From Tubiluchus corallicola (Eukaryota; Animalia; Priapulida), in the NCBI GenBank assembly GCA_030141605.1, contig JAQGDQ010000321.1:186001-250000 (forward strand): a DNA stretch of 64,000 nt, in the 5' to 3' direction. The position numbers and the translations under genes are program-made. Position 1 is the stretch's first letter; every line of letters starts with the position of its first letter. Below, piece after piece: positions 1-54,100 of this stretch. The notes beneath the pieces were generated by a model, which was not told the DNA's origin, made no database searches, and saw only the letters and a list, made by a program, of their open reading frames with translations.

Positions 1-882
1 TAATGGTCGGTATCTTAATTACAAAAACACTTCGGAGTATCAAATATACCAGGCGCTATGAGCTGCTGGTAATATATATAATAGCCATGTTTCCAAAAAC
101 ATCAGTATCAAATATACCAGGTAATAACACTAATGGAAGAGAAAAGTTCAGCTCGGCAAATCTAACATTAGAATACCCTAAGGCTCTCAACTCATTACAA
201 GTTAGGAAATGACAAAGTCTGCATGTTTGTCAACCTTGGCAAACAGCAACAAGACGGTTGGATAAGAGAAAGTGTGGTAAATAGACTTGCTATCTTTCTA
301 TCTTCTTTCTATAACCAATTGTTGACAACTTGTTGACGTTTCTACAACCTTATCAAGTGAATCGAAAGGAAAAGACCTCTAATGCCAAAATCTGTACTAC
401 TTTAGATGATTCATGTCCAGTAACTTTTACAGAATTTAAGAATCAGTTACTTTAACTCCAGTTTTGATGTCAGCTAAGAAAATGACAATATTTCCTCAAA
501 TGAACAATGACTTACTTAATTTTAAATTTGAATCAGGTAAAAATAAAACAGCTAACTCTATAGTTTTGAAAACAGCGCCACAAGTCTACATTACATACGT
601 GGGCATTGTGGTAACTAGCAGAAAAAAATACAATTCTAGTTTCGAATTTTGACCTTTCAAGAACCTGTTACATTAACTATCATAATAGAATTAATGTTAA
701 TGAGGCTGGTATTACCATTTATTACCTAATTAAACTTATTTGGAACACAAGATGGGCACAAAATTGCTTATTTTTGTGTTTTTAACAAACAGTTTCATTA
801 ACCAATGACATTTTCCAAACATTAAAGAAAAAATTAACAATGTGCGAATGTTAATTAAAAACAAACTAGGCTCGTAACTTAC

Positions 883-42874
<41,992 letters not shown>

Positions 42875-45067
42875 CACTTTATCCAGGATAAATTATCCCT
42901 CCCCTATAACAATGAAAAACATAAATAATTTAACAATTGCAAACAATCATTATTTACTGTCAAGCAAATCTTATCTACCACAGACATTCTAAAGTATCAC
43001 AAAATAATAATCAAGTTCATGAAATGTTTGCAAGTTGCAACTCTTAATTTTAATATACTGTTATAACTGTCGCTATTCGCTGAATTTTAATCTAATTGCT
43101 GCAAACTATTAGAGCCATCACTTTTACAGTTTGAACTAGTTTATGTTGCAGTGTGCTCTATATTTTTTCTCCTTCCTTATTATTTATTGTTATTCTTTGT
43201 ATTAACTGTATCTCATGAGTACGAATAAATTGTATAAATAAATATATAATATTACAATTAAATGTACGTAGTGGTACCTTTGATTTGAAAACTTAATTGT
43301 GTTAATCACAAGCAGAAAACTGCGTAAGAAAATAGGAAGTTAAATTTTTACTTAACCTCATCAAGAGAGATCAGAAAGCTGCATAAGATTTTTTGTCCAC
43401 CATCTGTATTACCGATTTCCAGTTTCTGAAACAAATAAAATTCGATAGAAATATCACATCATCGTTGCACATGATACCGAACACTGGAGCTCTCAACGAC
43501 GTGTCCGACTCGCTTCAGCAAACTTTACCGGCTTTCTCGTGCCGAAACGAAACAAGTTACATTTTGTACCAATTTATGCAAGCAATTTTCGTTTTTTAAA
43601 AAAATAATCTAAAACGTATTAAGCAAATGTACATACCTTAATAAAGAGCCACAAATAAATGACACCAAAAACAAGCGTATTTTCTTCACAATAGTATAAT
43701 AAACCCTTCGGAAACTCAAGACATCATTCCTACATTTAACAAACGTGCTCGCTCAGCTAAACATACTAAATTTCGCTCGTTCTCTTGTTATGAAAATCGC
43801 CTGCAATAATTATGTTTGTGGCGCCACCAGGTGCAAGATTTTTTAACTCCAATTGCTTATCTATTTGCAGTGTCCATGCAACTCCAAAGCTATTGCTACT
43901 AGGCATTATGATTTAGAATTTTAGATCAAGCTGATGAACTGCTCGTTAAATTAATGCTGTAGCTAGAAAAGTTAATCGATATTTTGCTGTTATCAGAAAG
44001 GTGAAAGATTAGCAAAAATCTCATTCTTATTCTTGCATCTATTAAAGTATTATTAATGTTTAAGCATACCACATTCATTGATCATGTACTGTAGGTAAAC
44101 TAGGTATAAAATGTGGCATTTTTATCGTGCTGTGTTAAAAGTGCTGTCTTGTTGCCATATGTTGGAATAGGTTAGGTGTTTTGGTTGACTGGCAATTGGA
44201 GAAGCTCTATTTTCTGTTAACTAACTAATGTGTACTAGGAAAAATAATTAATGAGCATTTTTATAGCCATTCTAAATTATTTGTAGCTCCTTGAAATGAA
44301 AATTTTGTTTAATGAAGACGCTTGAAATATATGTATATGCACTTACGTTTCGTATATTTAGGATTACGAAGTCATTTTGGAGGTAAACCCGGGGTCATCA
44401 TACATTGTCAAATTTTATTGACTTCTCTTTGTGTTGTTTCACTTCAGTCACGTGACCATGCACATGGCTATTTTCCAACACCTCCTGGCAGCTTCAATTT
44501 TGTTATCATTAATTATTAGATACATAATGTCGTTTTTTCTATTTTTTGTCATTTACCATTGTCATCATAATTTTCACATCATTAGTGAGGTTGTGGCTGA
44601 GGGAATAATGTATGCCCGCATTTCCTGCAAATGATGTGGGTTCAAACTTCAATGCTTGTTCTGGGAAAAATATCATTCAAAAACCTTGGGAGGATGTATT
44701 TACATCCAAATGTGGCTAGCGCCCTAGTATGGTTCTGCTTCTGTTAGTTCAGTGGCTCATTTTCAGAGAGATATCATAATGAGGCCGGCTGAGACCCCTA
44801 CCATGTCGTCATCAGCCCCTGCTTTTAAGTGCTTTCTAACATGCTGTGTGCCAAAAACAAAGAATCGTTGTCGTCATCATCTTAGTTATCATCGCTGGTT
44901 ATTAGTATTATAAATATTAATAACAATGTTTTATTTATTGCAGAAATGGTTTAACATGAAAATTGCTAGCAAAACAAAAGTAATACAGCAGTTGTACAGC
45001 AGCTAAGCAGTATATTATTATTGTTTTTTAGTTTTAAGTTACCAGAATTAACAGATGGGACAGGACA

Positions 45068-45167
45068 ATGTCATCTGCAAGATTTACTCCAATCTTTAAC
45101 AAGAATAGGGCTGCACGAGTGCCGTTGTATGCTCACCCAAACAATATTGAAAGCGATACATGTGTTC
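45068..45167 (+). CDS. SPATA22: SPATA22 first (probable) coding exon
   Basis: [24 protein letters not shown]; donor C|GTAAGT, phase 1; start codon not certain. Confidence 0.7.
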
Positions 45168-48100
45168 GTAAGTATCTGTTTCATAACATATTCATAAAAC
45201 TATTTTTTCATAATGATATTTTTTCCAATATGAGTTTTATCATTTCAGTTGTTTTTTATTCATTTAATTAAGGTGACCCACAACAGATGATCGAGTTCAG
45301 TCAGCATTCTAGCTTTTTACAGAAGAACTTGAAGGAACCTCAGGAAGTTTCGTCAGGTTTACCAAACCGAGCTGCTGTTAATAATGGCACTAGTGTGACT
45401 GAATAGATATAATAAACAGTTGAAAACATTTGAATTATTGGTTGAAATATATGATATTGGCTACGTCCAGTAGGAAGCTATTGGCATTCGAATCATTACT
45501 AATCACATTTGGAAGCACTTCATGAGTATTAATATCATTTTGCCCTCCTTGATATTCAAGTAGACAGTTGACCCCATTTCAGCTGATGCAGTTTGATTTG
45601 TCGCTTTGCAAGTGTTCATATTATGTACTAAGAATACATTTTACTGTAAAGGAAGTTAAACATTTGACACCTGCTCAAGATGACAAGGTCACCACCTATT
45701 CTTTCCCTTTTTACCTATATATAATAACTACTGTAATTTGTCCAAGTGTGATTACCCAACTCCTGTGTAGGCATAGAACTTTGCATAGCATCAAATAAGC
45801 ATCAAATATAAGTTGCTTTTTGTCTCCTGAATGCTGTAATATCTCTGCAAAATGACTTAACCCATGGAAGTGTCTGTAAGCTATCTGTCTTCACAATCTG
45901 AGTATACCAAATGCAAGTGAAACAGCCTCAAAGATACTACGAGTGCAAGTCACAACTATTGTATTCATTTTTCATATACAAAAATATCATATTATATATT
46001 CAAACCAAACGTAGCTATATAACTTTTCAAGTGACATATTACATATAAAAGGCAAGGTATTCTCCACTTAAGCTCAATTCGTGAGTTTGATCCATAATAT
46101 TCTTGCGGGCTGTGTCTTGCAGGAATGAGAACATCCATTAATTGAGCTTATAGGTTTTTTCTATTGTATCAAGTCCCCTTAATGGAGTAGGTCAGAAGTT
46201 AAAAACTAATATTGTCATTCTGATATTGTCTAAAAAAAACACTGTCATACTTGTGTCAGAAAACGTCATTCTAATATTATCTTTAAACCCATATAGCTTG
46301 TATATTGTGTACTTTATAGCATTGTGTAGTCTTCTGTACTGATGGACTAATAAGAGGTATTCTTCAGTATCTATGAATTGAGTCTGAGAGTCACCCAATG
46401 CTATTCTTGTGTTTAACACTTGATTCACTATACACTGTGTATATTACCTGCTTTCATAATACTCTATGGTTTTATGTAGGACATTCTGCAACTCATAGAA
46501 CAGGTTCAGTTGATGGCTATGGCGTCAGGAAGTCTAACACTTCTAGCAGGTAATTTTGGTTTAGCTTGTTTTTTGCCCTCGTTTTGAATATTCGTGCAAA
46601 AATTAGCACAATGGTTACAGCTGCAGATTACAGTAAAGTAAACTTTACCATCTATTAATATGAACTTAATAAGGATAAGTTCAGCATCTGTTTGCATGAC
46701 ACTGAACAAGTTGTTTGATGTTTACATCTATCTGATAAATGTTATATTATCGAACACGAATTATTTCTGCACAAATTCTGATTTACTGAACAGCAGAATG
46801 TAAAATTTTTATCAAAAAAATTGATGTTTTCTCTCAAAAATAAAAAACATCATATCTCTTAGTTACACGTGACTTCACTTTTTTGCTAACAGATAATATA
46901 TTTAAATTTTTCTGGCCAGACCTTTTTATCACAATGAAGCAAATAAGGGAAAAGAAAATTCTGCATCGAGAAAATATAATGTGCATTCTTTTGACCAATT
47001 GGGATCCTCTCGTGGGCCACTACAACCAGGCATCCGTTTGCCGGGTAATATGCTACAGGACAAGACCAACTTTCTGCAGAGCACAGAATTTAAATTTCAC
47101 TCGAAAAAGTCTGATGGGGCAAGTGTACCTGCATCACGAATATCCATAGCATCTGGAGCTCCTGGCAGCAGTGGATGGAGTAACTTTAATGAAAGTTTTT
47201 CTGCACCAACAAATAAGAAGTGTCGAACGGACAGTGGCAACATGCAGTTGCAGAAGCCAATGAAAAACTTTAATTCATTTGGTAAAGTAACTCAGTCTGT
47301 AAGAGGTAGACCAGCTGAAGAAATGAACCCAGGTCCTTATGATCGAAGTTTGGAAAGAAACTTTCGTGGAGTGACTAGTGAGCGTGGTGATTTCACCAAT
47401 CAGGTTTGATTTAAATGTAGCATACTTGTCATGCTTTACAGTATCCGATGAAATTATGAAGTACAATTATATGAGTAATGGATCTGTATAAAAATAAATT
47501 CAGAAACTGTTGTTTCTAAAATGCATTTTAATCTTAAGAACAATTACTATACATTGGCAATTAAAACTAAAGTGTCTATCTATCGATTGGCATGAGGACA
47601 GTATGGTTTCACTGGCAATGATTAAGACTCATGCACTTTTGCCACTGTATACCATCAAGTTTCATAAAATGAATTAAATAAATGAAAACTAATCTAATCA
47701 TATCAAGTTTTAAAAGGTTTTTTAAAAAAGAAAAACATGATAATCTGATTGTCCGGATAACTTATATAACCTATGTGGAAACTACTTGGAAGCAGTTTTG
47801 ATAAATAACTTTCAAATTCCATCTATGGCTATCTCATGCATTCTCGTTGTTTCAGGGCACAAATGTACACACTGTCTGTTTACATTTTCTGTGCTTTTAG
47901 TTGTATTATATTGTATTAGATGTTTGTTACAGGTGTTATCACGTACTAAAGAGAAGCAGCATTGTTTACCAGACAACAGCATGCGATTCATAACAGCATC
48001 TGTGCAAAGCATGAAGCATTGGGTACAGTATACAAAATACTTCCCTGTGATGTTTGAAGTTTTTGGTATGTTAACTAGTTAACTTAATTAGTTGACTTGA

Positions 48101-51100
48101 TTTTTTTATCTATGTAGCTGCAATGCTGCATATCTTGCAGTATTTTCAAACTTGTATTGTCCCAATGTCATTTCTAATGCCAATTCTTAAACGCTGCTTG
48201 CAGTTAATCACACAACTGAGTCTTTTATTATTTAATCTGGTTATGTGATTATTTGATTATTCACATATGACTGATATATATATATTCATATATGATTCAT
48301 GTGGCTGGACTGATGTACTGTTGTCAGCTGTTCACAGTTTGCATGGGTGATACTGGACTGATGTACTGTTGTCAGTTGCTTCACAGTTTGCATGGGTGAT
48401 ACTGGACTGATGTACTGTTGTCAGTTGCTTCACAGTTTGCATGGGTGATGCTGGACTGATGTACCGTCCCCAGCTGTTTCAAAGTTTGCATGGGTGATAC
48501 TGGACCGATGTACCATTCCCAGCTGTTTCATAGTTTGCATGGGTGATACTGGACCGATGTACTGTTGTCAGTTGTTTCACAGTTTGCATGGGTGATACTG
48601 GACTGATGTACTGTTGTCAGTTGTTTCACAGTTTGCATGGGTGATACTGGACTGATGTACTGTTGTCAGTTGTTTCACAGTTTTTGCATGGGTGATAATG
48701 GACTGATGTACTGTTCCCAGCTATTTCACAGTTTGCATGGGTGATACTGTCGTCTGTTATTATATGCACCTTTAATTGCATTTTAGGACTATTGGACTCT
48801 ACAGTGAGAGAGGGAAAGATGGGTGCCCAAGAATTCATTTTACAGGATAGTTCTGGAAAAGTCAAGTGTGTCTTCTACCCAATTGTAAGTATAATTGGCT
48901 ATTACTTTATCTTTCCTGTATTACTACAGTTGTCCCAGCAAAGTGGGTATCCATAGAATTATTGGGTCAGTGTCTGTGTTTGTCGGTCTCTCACCAGCTT
49001 TTCGCAGTCATGGAATAATCTAGAAAGTAGATACTTGGTACAGAGGTAAGGTATGTGCAAGAATTTAGTGCGGCTACTGTGTCTATCCGCTGTATAGAGC
49101 CAGTGCAGGTGATTGATGGAGAGCAGTAATAGTCATTTTAGCAAGTTATTATGTTGTGCATGACCGTCACCAGACAATAAGAATGAGTGACACACTAATT
49201 TAAACACACGCGATATGACAGAGATTTAGTTTCATTTAAGTGAAAATTACTATCCGTGTCAATTTTGATAATGTGCTTCGTCACTCAGGTGGCTGCCGAA
49301 TTCCAGCGCTGCTTCGGTTTGGTGGAAAGCGACCCTATGGCCTGAGCTGCCTACGTGCAGAAGAGTGGCTACGGCTACCAGTGTATCCACACCTACCGCT
49401 TCGCCACGCTGTCCATCGCCGCAGGACTTTTTGTAGGTTTAGGGGGTAGGGATGAAGTCATGACTTGCGCGTTAATTTGATTAAAGTGAGGGAGAGTTGC
49501 GCAATGTCGTCAGCCTCACTCTCTCGTCCTCGCCCTTCTTTACCCAGTGGCATGACATAGTCGAGACGACTGGAGATGGGTCCGGATGCAGTGGATGGCC
49601 ATCAGCATCTTCGGTGCCTTGTTGTGCCCTGTTTGCGCTCCACAGCACTTCGCTGCGACTGCCTTCTTGCCCGTTGAACCAGACAGGTTTCTTCCGCGCT
49701 TTCCGCCAGCCTCAGTCTTCGTGTAGTTGGGATAGGCATATCTCACCCTCAGGCAGAGCCCTTGGGTTCACTCACGTAGTTTGGCCGGTCAGTCAAAACC
49801 GTTGCCCGGGGTGTGGCCACTGCCATACACAAGCAGTATCCGTGGAACCATACGTGAGCTAGATACAGGAGTGGGAACCAAGTAGGATCCAGGCCATCCC
49901 AATAGGGAGTGATTGCCTTTCACTGTGAGGTACCATCCCTCCTCTCGTACCCTACACCCATAATTTGATAATGTACTTTTGTGGAAGTTGACAGGTGTGG
50001 GGTCGATCTTATCTGTGGGACTATACCCCTCTGTTCGGGGTTCTCTAGTTAGTGATAAACCACTCTGATTTTCTTTATTTTCACAATTTTTAAAACTTCA
50101 GTTCAGCGTGCAACATACTTATGGGTTGCATTTGTAGCCTTGTATCATTGTAAGTGGTATGTGTAATATTGTATTTTACTGTTAAATTAATAATTCTGCT
50201 ATATATGCCCAAAAAATTGCACATATAAACCTTATTAAACTCTCAAAATATATAGTCCAAAAAGTCTGTTAAGACGTGATATGTGTAATAGTTACTTCTG
50301 ATATAAAAAATATATTGAAAGAAAATGACCAGCAACTCATGGTTGTTAAAGCAAATACCACTTATACTAAAGTATCAAAGATCTACCCAATAATATTTGG
50401 TAAATTTGCTATTGCTTATGATTAGATGATTAGCATAGCACCTACGTGTAATCACCCAGACACTCTAATAGCTGGGCTTTTATGGATGCAAATTCTGTTG
50501 GGCATAGGCATCCTGGCTGTTTTTCTAGCTACATCTGCATATTGTTTATGTGTCACGTGTCAACATCATGTTAGCTTGTTATTATTTACTGGTTAGCTTA
50601 TAACCAATAGTTTGTCAGCAGACTTGTGGTCATTGATCAAAAGGTCAAAGTTTCTTTCCAATATGACAAACAGGTACACATTTTCCTTTGCTATTAAGTG
50701 TACAGTTGATGCATCTTGCACTTGGTATAAAAATGATAACTAATCCTAGTTTTTAATCTTCTTAATTTGATTTTAATCTTTGATTTTAAATTGATCAATA
50801 ATTTTTGTAAATCTGATAGACTGTGCCTGCAGCTGCTTTTGTGAATACTAAATCATGTCTTTGATACTGGTTCTTGTTATCGTATGGGTTGCTTCATTGT
50901 TGCTTTTGTCGTGGCGAAAACGTCCTGCCGGAGTACCACCTGGACCTCGTGGCATTCCACTGGTTGGAAATGCCTTGCAGTTTCGACATTCAATATCCAC
51001 TTATTTTCTTGAAAATGGCAAGACTTATGGGGGCATGTTCAGTGTGTATTTGGGCTCTCAATTGTGTGTGGTTCTGACAGACTATGCGCTCATCAAAGAA

Positions 51101-54100
51101 GCATTTCTGAAGCTTGGTGCCAAGTTTTCCGGTAGGCCTATTTTAACTTTGCTGAAAGTGACAGAAATGGACAAGAATGGAAAACTGCATGGTAAGAAAC
51201 CTGAACTATTTAATCATTAACAACGTCAGTTCATGTTAATCTCGGCTTGTATGTTCATGTTATTACTAGATAATGATCTGGATAATGGCAATCTTCATTC
51301 TCCAATTTTTTTGTTTTGTACAATTTCGCTTGCTAACCTAATGTAAACCTGTTTGTAATTTTTTAGGTTTATTGTTCCCGGAAGGCAGCCTCTGGCGAGA
51401 ACAGCGTACGTTTGCCCTTAGTGCATTGCGTGATTTCGGTATGGGTAAACTCTCTCTTGAAGGGAAGATTCATGAAGAGGTGACAGCATTGCTTCAGGAG
51501 TTTCGGCAGTATGGTAGCAAACCATTTGACTGCAAGATAATCATGCAAAATGCCGTCTCAAATGTGATTTGCAATATTATTTATGGCAACAGATTTGAAT
51601 ATGGCGACAAGGATTTCCTTGAGTTGCTGGACCACCTCAATACTCGAATCAACACGACAAACTTTGGCAGCATTGTTAACGTACTACCATTTCTAATGTA
51701 TTTTTCATGGCATAAAAACTCAGCTGTCGCAAAAAACAAGACGGCGATGAAAGGCTTGTACAATTATACTGAGAAACGAATCAAGGAACATCAGGAGCAT
51801 TATGACCGAGAGAATATTCGTGATTTCATTGATGCCTACCTCAAGCAAATAGAAGATGAAAAAATTAAAGGCAACATTGGCACTACTTTTACTGGTAAGT
51901 TGTGCCAGTTAAGTGCTAGAGTAATGATAATCCTTTTATAATTGTTTCTGATGTTATAACTGCATATTTATCTGAATTGTTGAAAAAAATTGGAATTATT
52001 ACCAACCATCAACTGGGGTGTACTTAATTATTCACTATGCAATCAAGATGGCTTTTTGTTATATCAAAATCGTTGTACCTATTCTAATACACTCTCTTTC
52101 CTGTATCTGTAATTGATCGGAATATTCTAACTGATAACATCAGAGTAGCCCCAATTATGAACAGTTTGCAAAAAAGTTTGAACAGTATTTAAACTTTTCC
52201 TGTCGTCCAAAATTCTACACATACATGACATTTATTCAAATGCTATATACATCATAGTTAGTTAGTTAGTTTATTTACTGACATTAATACAGGGAAAATA
52301 CACTAAATAATCTTATGAAAAATGTCCATGTTGTATACTATAGAGTTAGAGCGCGTAACAAACCAAATTTTATCATTTAAATGGATTCAAAACTTTGTAA
52401 AAAAGCTACAAAAAGTAGTTAAATCAAACAACTTATTAAAGGATTGGTTTCTAAAATCTTCAGGAAGCTGACAATAACAATACATGTTCCTAATCTTGTA
52501 TATCTCTGCCACATATATAAAGCCTTTGATTAGATGGAATTCTACAATGTTCTAACGAGCAAAGATTTGTAATATACAAAGCATGGACAGAGAATTGTGG
52601 ATTAATCTTCCTGAGATAGTATTGCCTACGTGTTTGACCTGACGCTTTTGTTATATCCTTCATACTATTCATTTTCACTTGTAGTCTGTTACATATAATA
52701 ATATACATTGGTGTTTTCTCGTGTTCTACTAATTTCAAAACCTTGTTCAATGGGAATTAAGACAAGATTAAGAGTAGGCTTTTTGCACAGCACAGATTGA
52801 TGATCTTAACAATCGTGGATGCAGGGACAGTACCAGCAACATTGTTGATCCAAGTTGTGCATGTTGTTATCATAGACAAACTGTAATGCACTACTGCTCA
52901 TTTGGGCTTGGTGTATAACATGAGCAGATGGGACATTGGAAGTGATTGTTACAATTACATCAAAAATTAATTCTATTAGATATATATATAGTCTTAGTAC
53001 TCAAATTAAACCTACAACACTTCTTTCGTGTAATTCCTCACTAAATCATCACCAAAACGTTTTTTTTATTTTACATTGTTCAGCATTATATAGGCTCCAC
53101 CCACAGTTTTAATAGGGTAACATACGTGATGCCTTGTTTTTCAAAAAAAATTAACGATAATTTGAAATTGTATTGTCGGACAAAAAATAATCTTAGCCTG
53201 TCATATGTAATGCTTCCGACTAAGCACTACAAATTAAGTAAACAACTGCATACCAAAGGTAGCAATAAAGTAAAAAACTTGTTTATAAAAACACTAGGCT
53301 CAGTCAATTCAAGTATGAACTTGTGTAAGATCTCAGCTTCCCATAGGTTCATTTTACTTGTGTATTTTTTGCTTACACCGTTTTTTCAGTTACAGAGTTA
53401 GGCTCACGTGTCTGTAAATTTTCTCCTTAATTCTTTATTCAGTCAATACCTATGACCATGCTGACGATGTAATAAAATGCCTTATTTGAAGTATGTAGTT
53501 ATATGAATTAACCTGCCACACTAAGATTAATGTGAAGTGGCATCAGTCTTTGCCACATAGAAATTACCTAGGCTGTGATTTTATTAATGGCCTCTGGTAA
53601 ATTTTGAGTGATCAGTGATAAATTGGTGATTGGTCCTCTGAGTTACATTTTTAGTATTTGTTTTTCCTACTTTTTAGTGAAATTTAATACACTTAACAAT
53701 ATTATTTGCACATCATCAATGTTTTTTTTGCAGTAAATGAACTTATAACTGTCGTTGGACATTTGTTCATTGCTGGCACGGAGACCACGTCAACAACCTT
53801 ACGCTGGTTTTTTGTTTACATGATGAATTATCCAGAGACGCAGAAAAAGATTCAAGCAGAGATTGATGATGTAGTCGGTCATGGCCGTCTGCCTTCAGTG
53901 AAAGACAGACCAAACATGCCATATACTGAAGCTTTTATGACGGAAGTCCAGCGTATATGTAAGTATAACATCTTGTTGACAGTGAAATCTTAAAATTTAT
54001 GAATTTGGAATATGTTTCTAAATTCTTTTACATTAGAAAATACAAAAATGGAAATTCTATCAAAGTTATATTGTGTAATATTAATGTAAATAAGTAAGCT

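Noticed and set aside
49240-49862. ORFs of 69, 121 and 68 aa
   Set aside because: Fall in the GC-rich TE-like insert; no protein motifs
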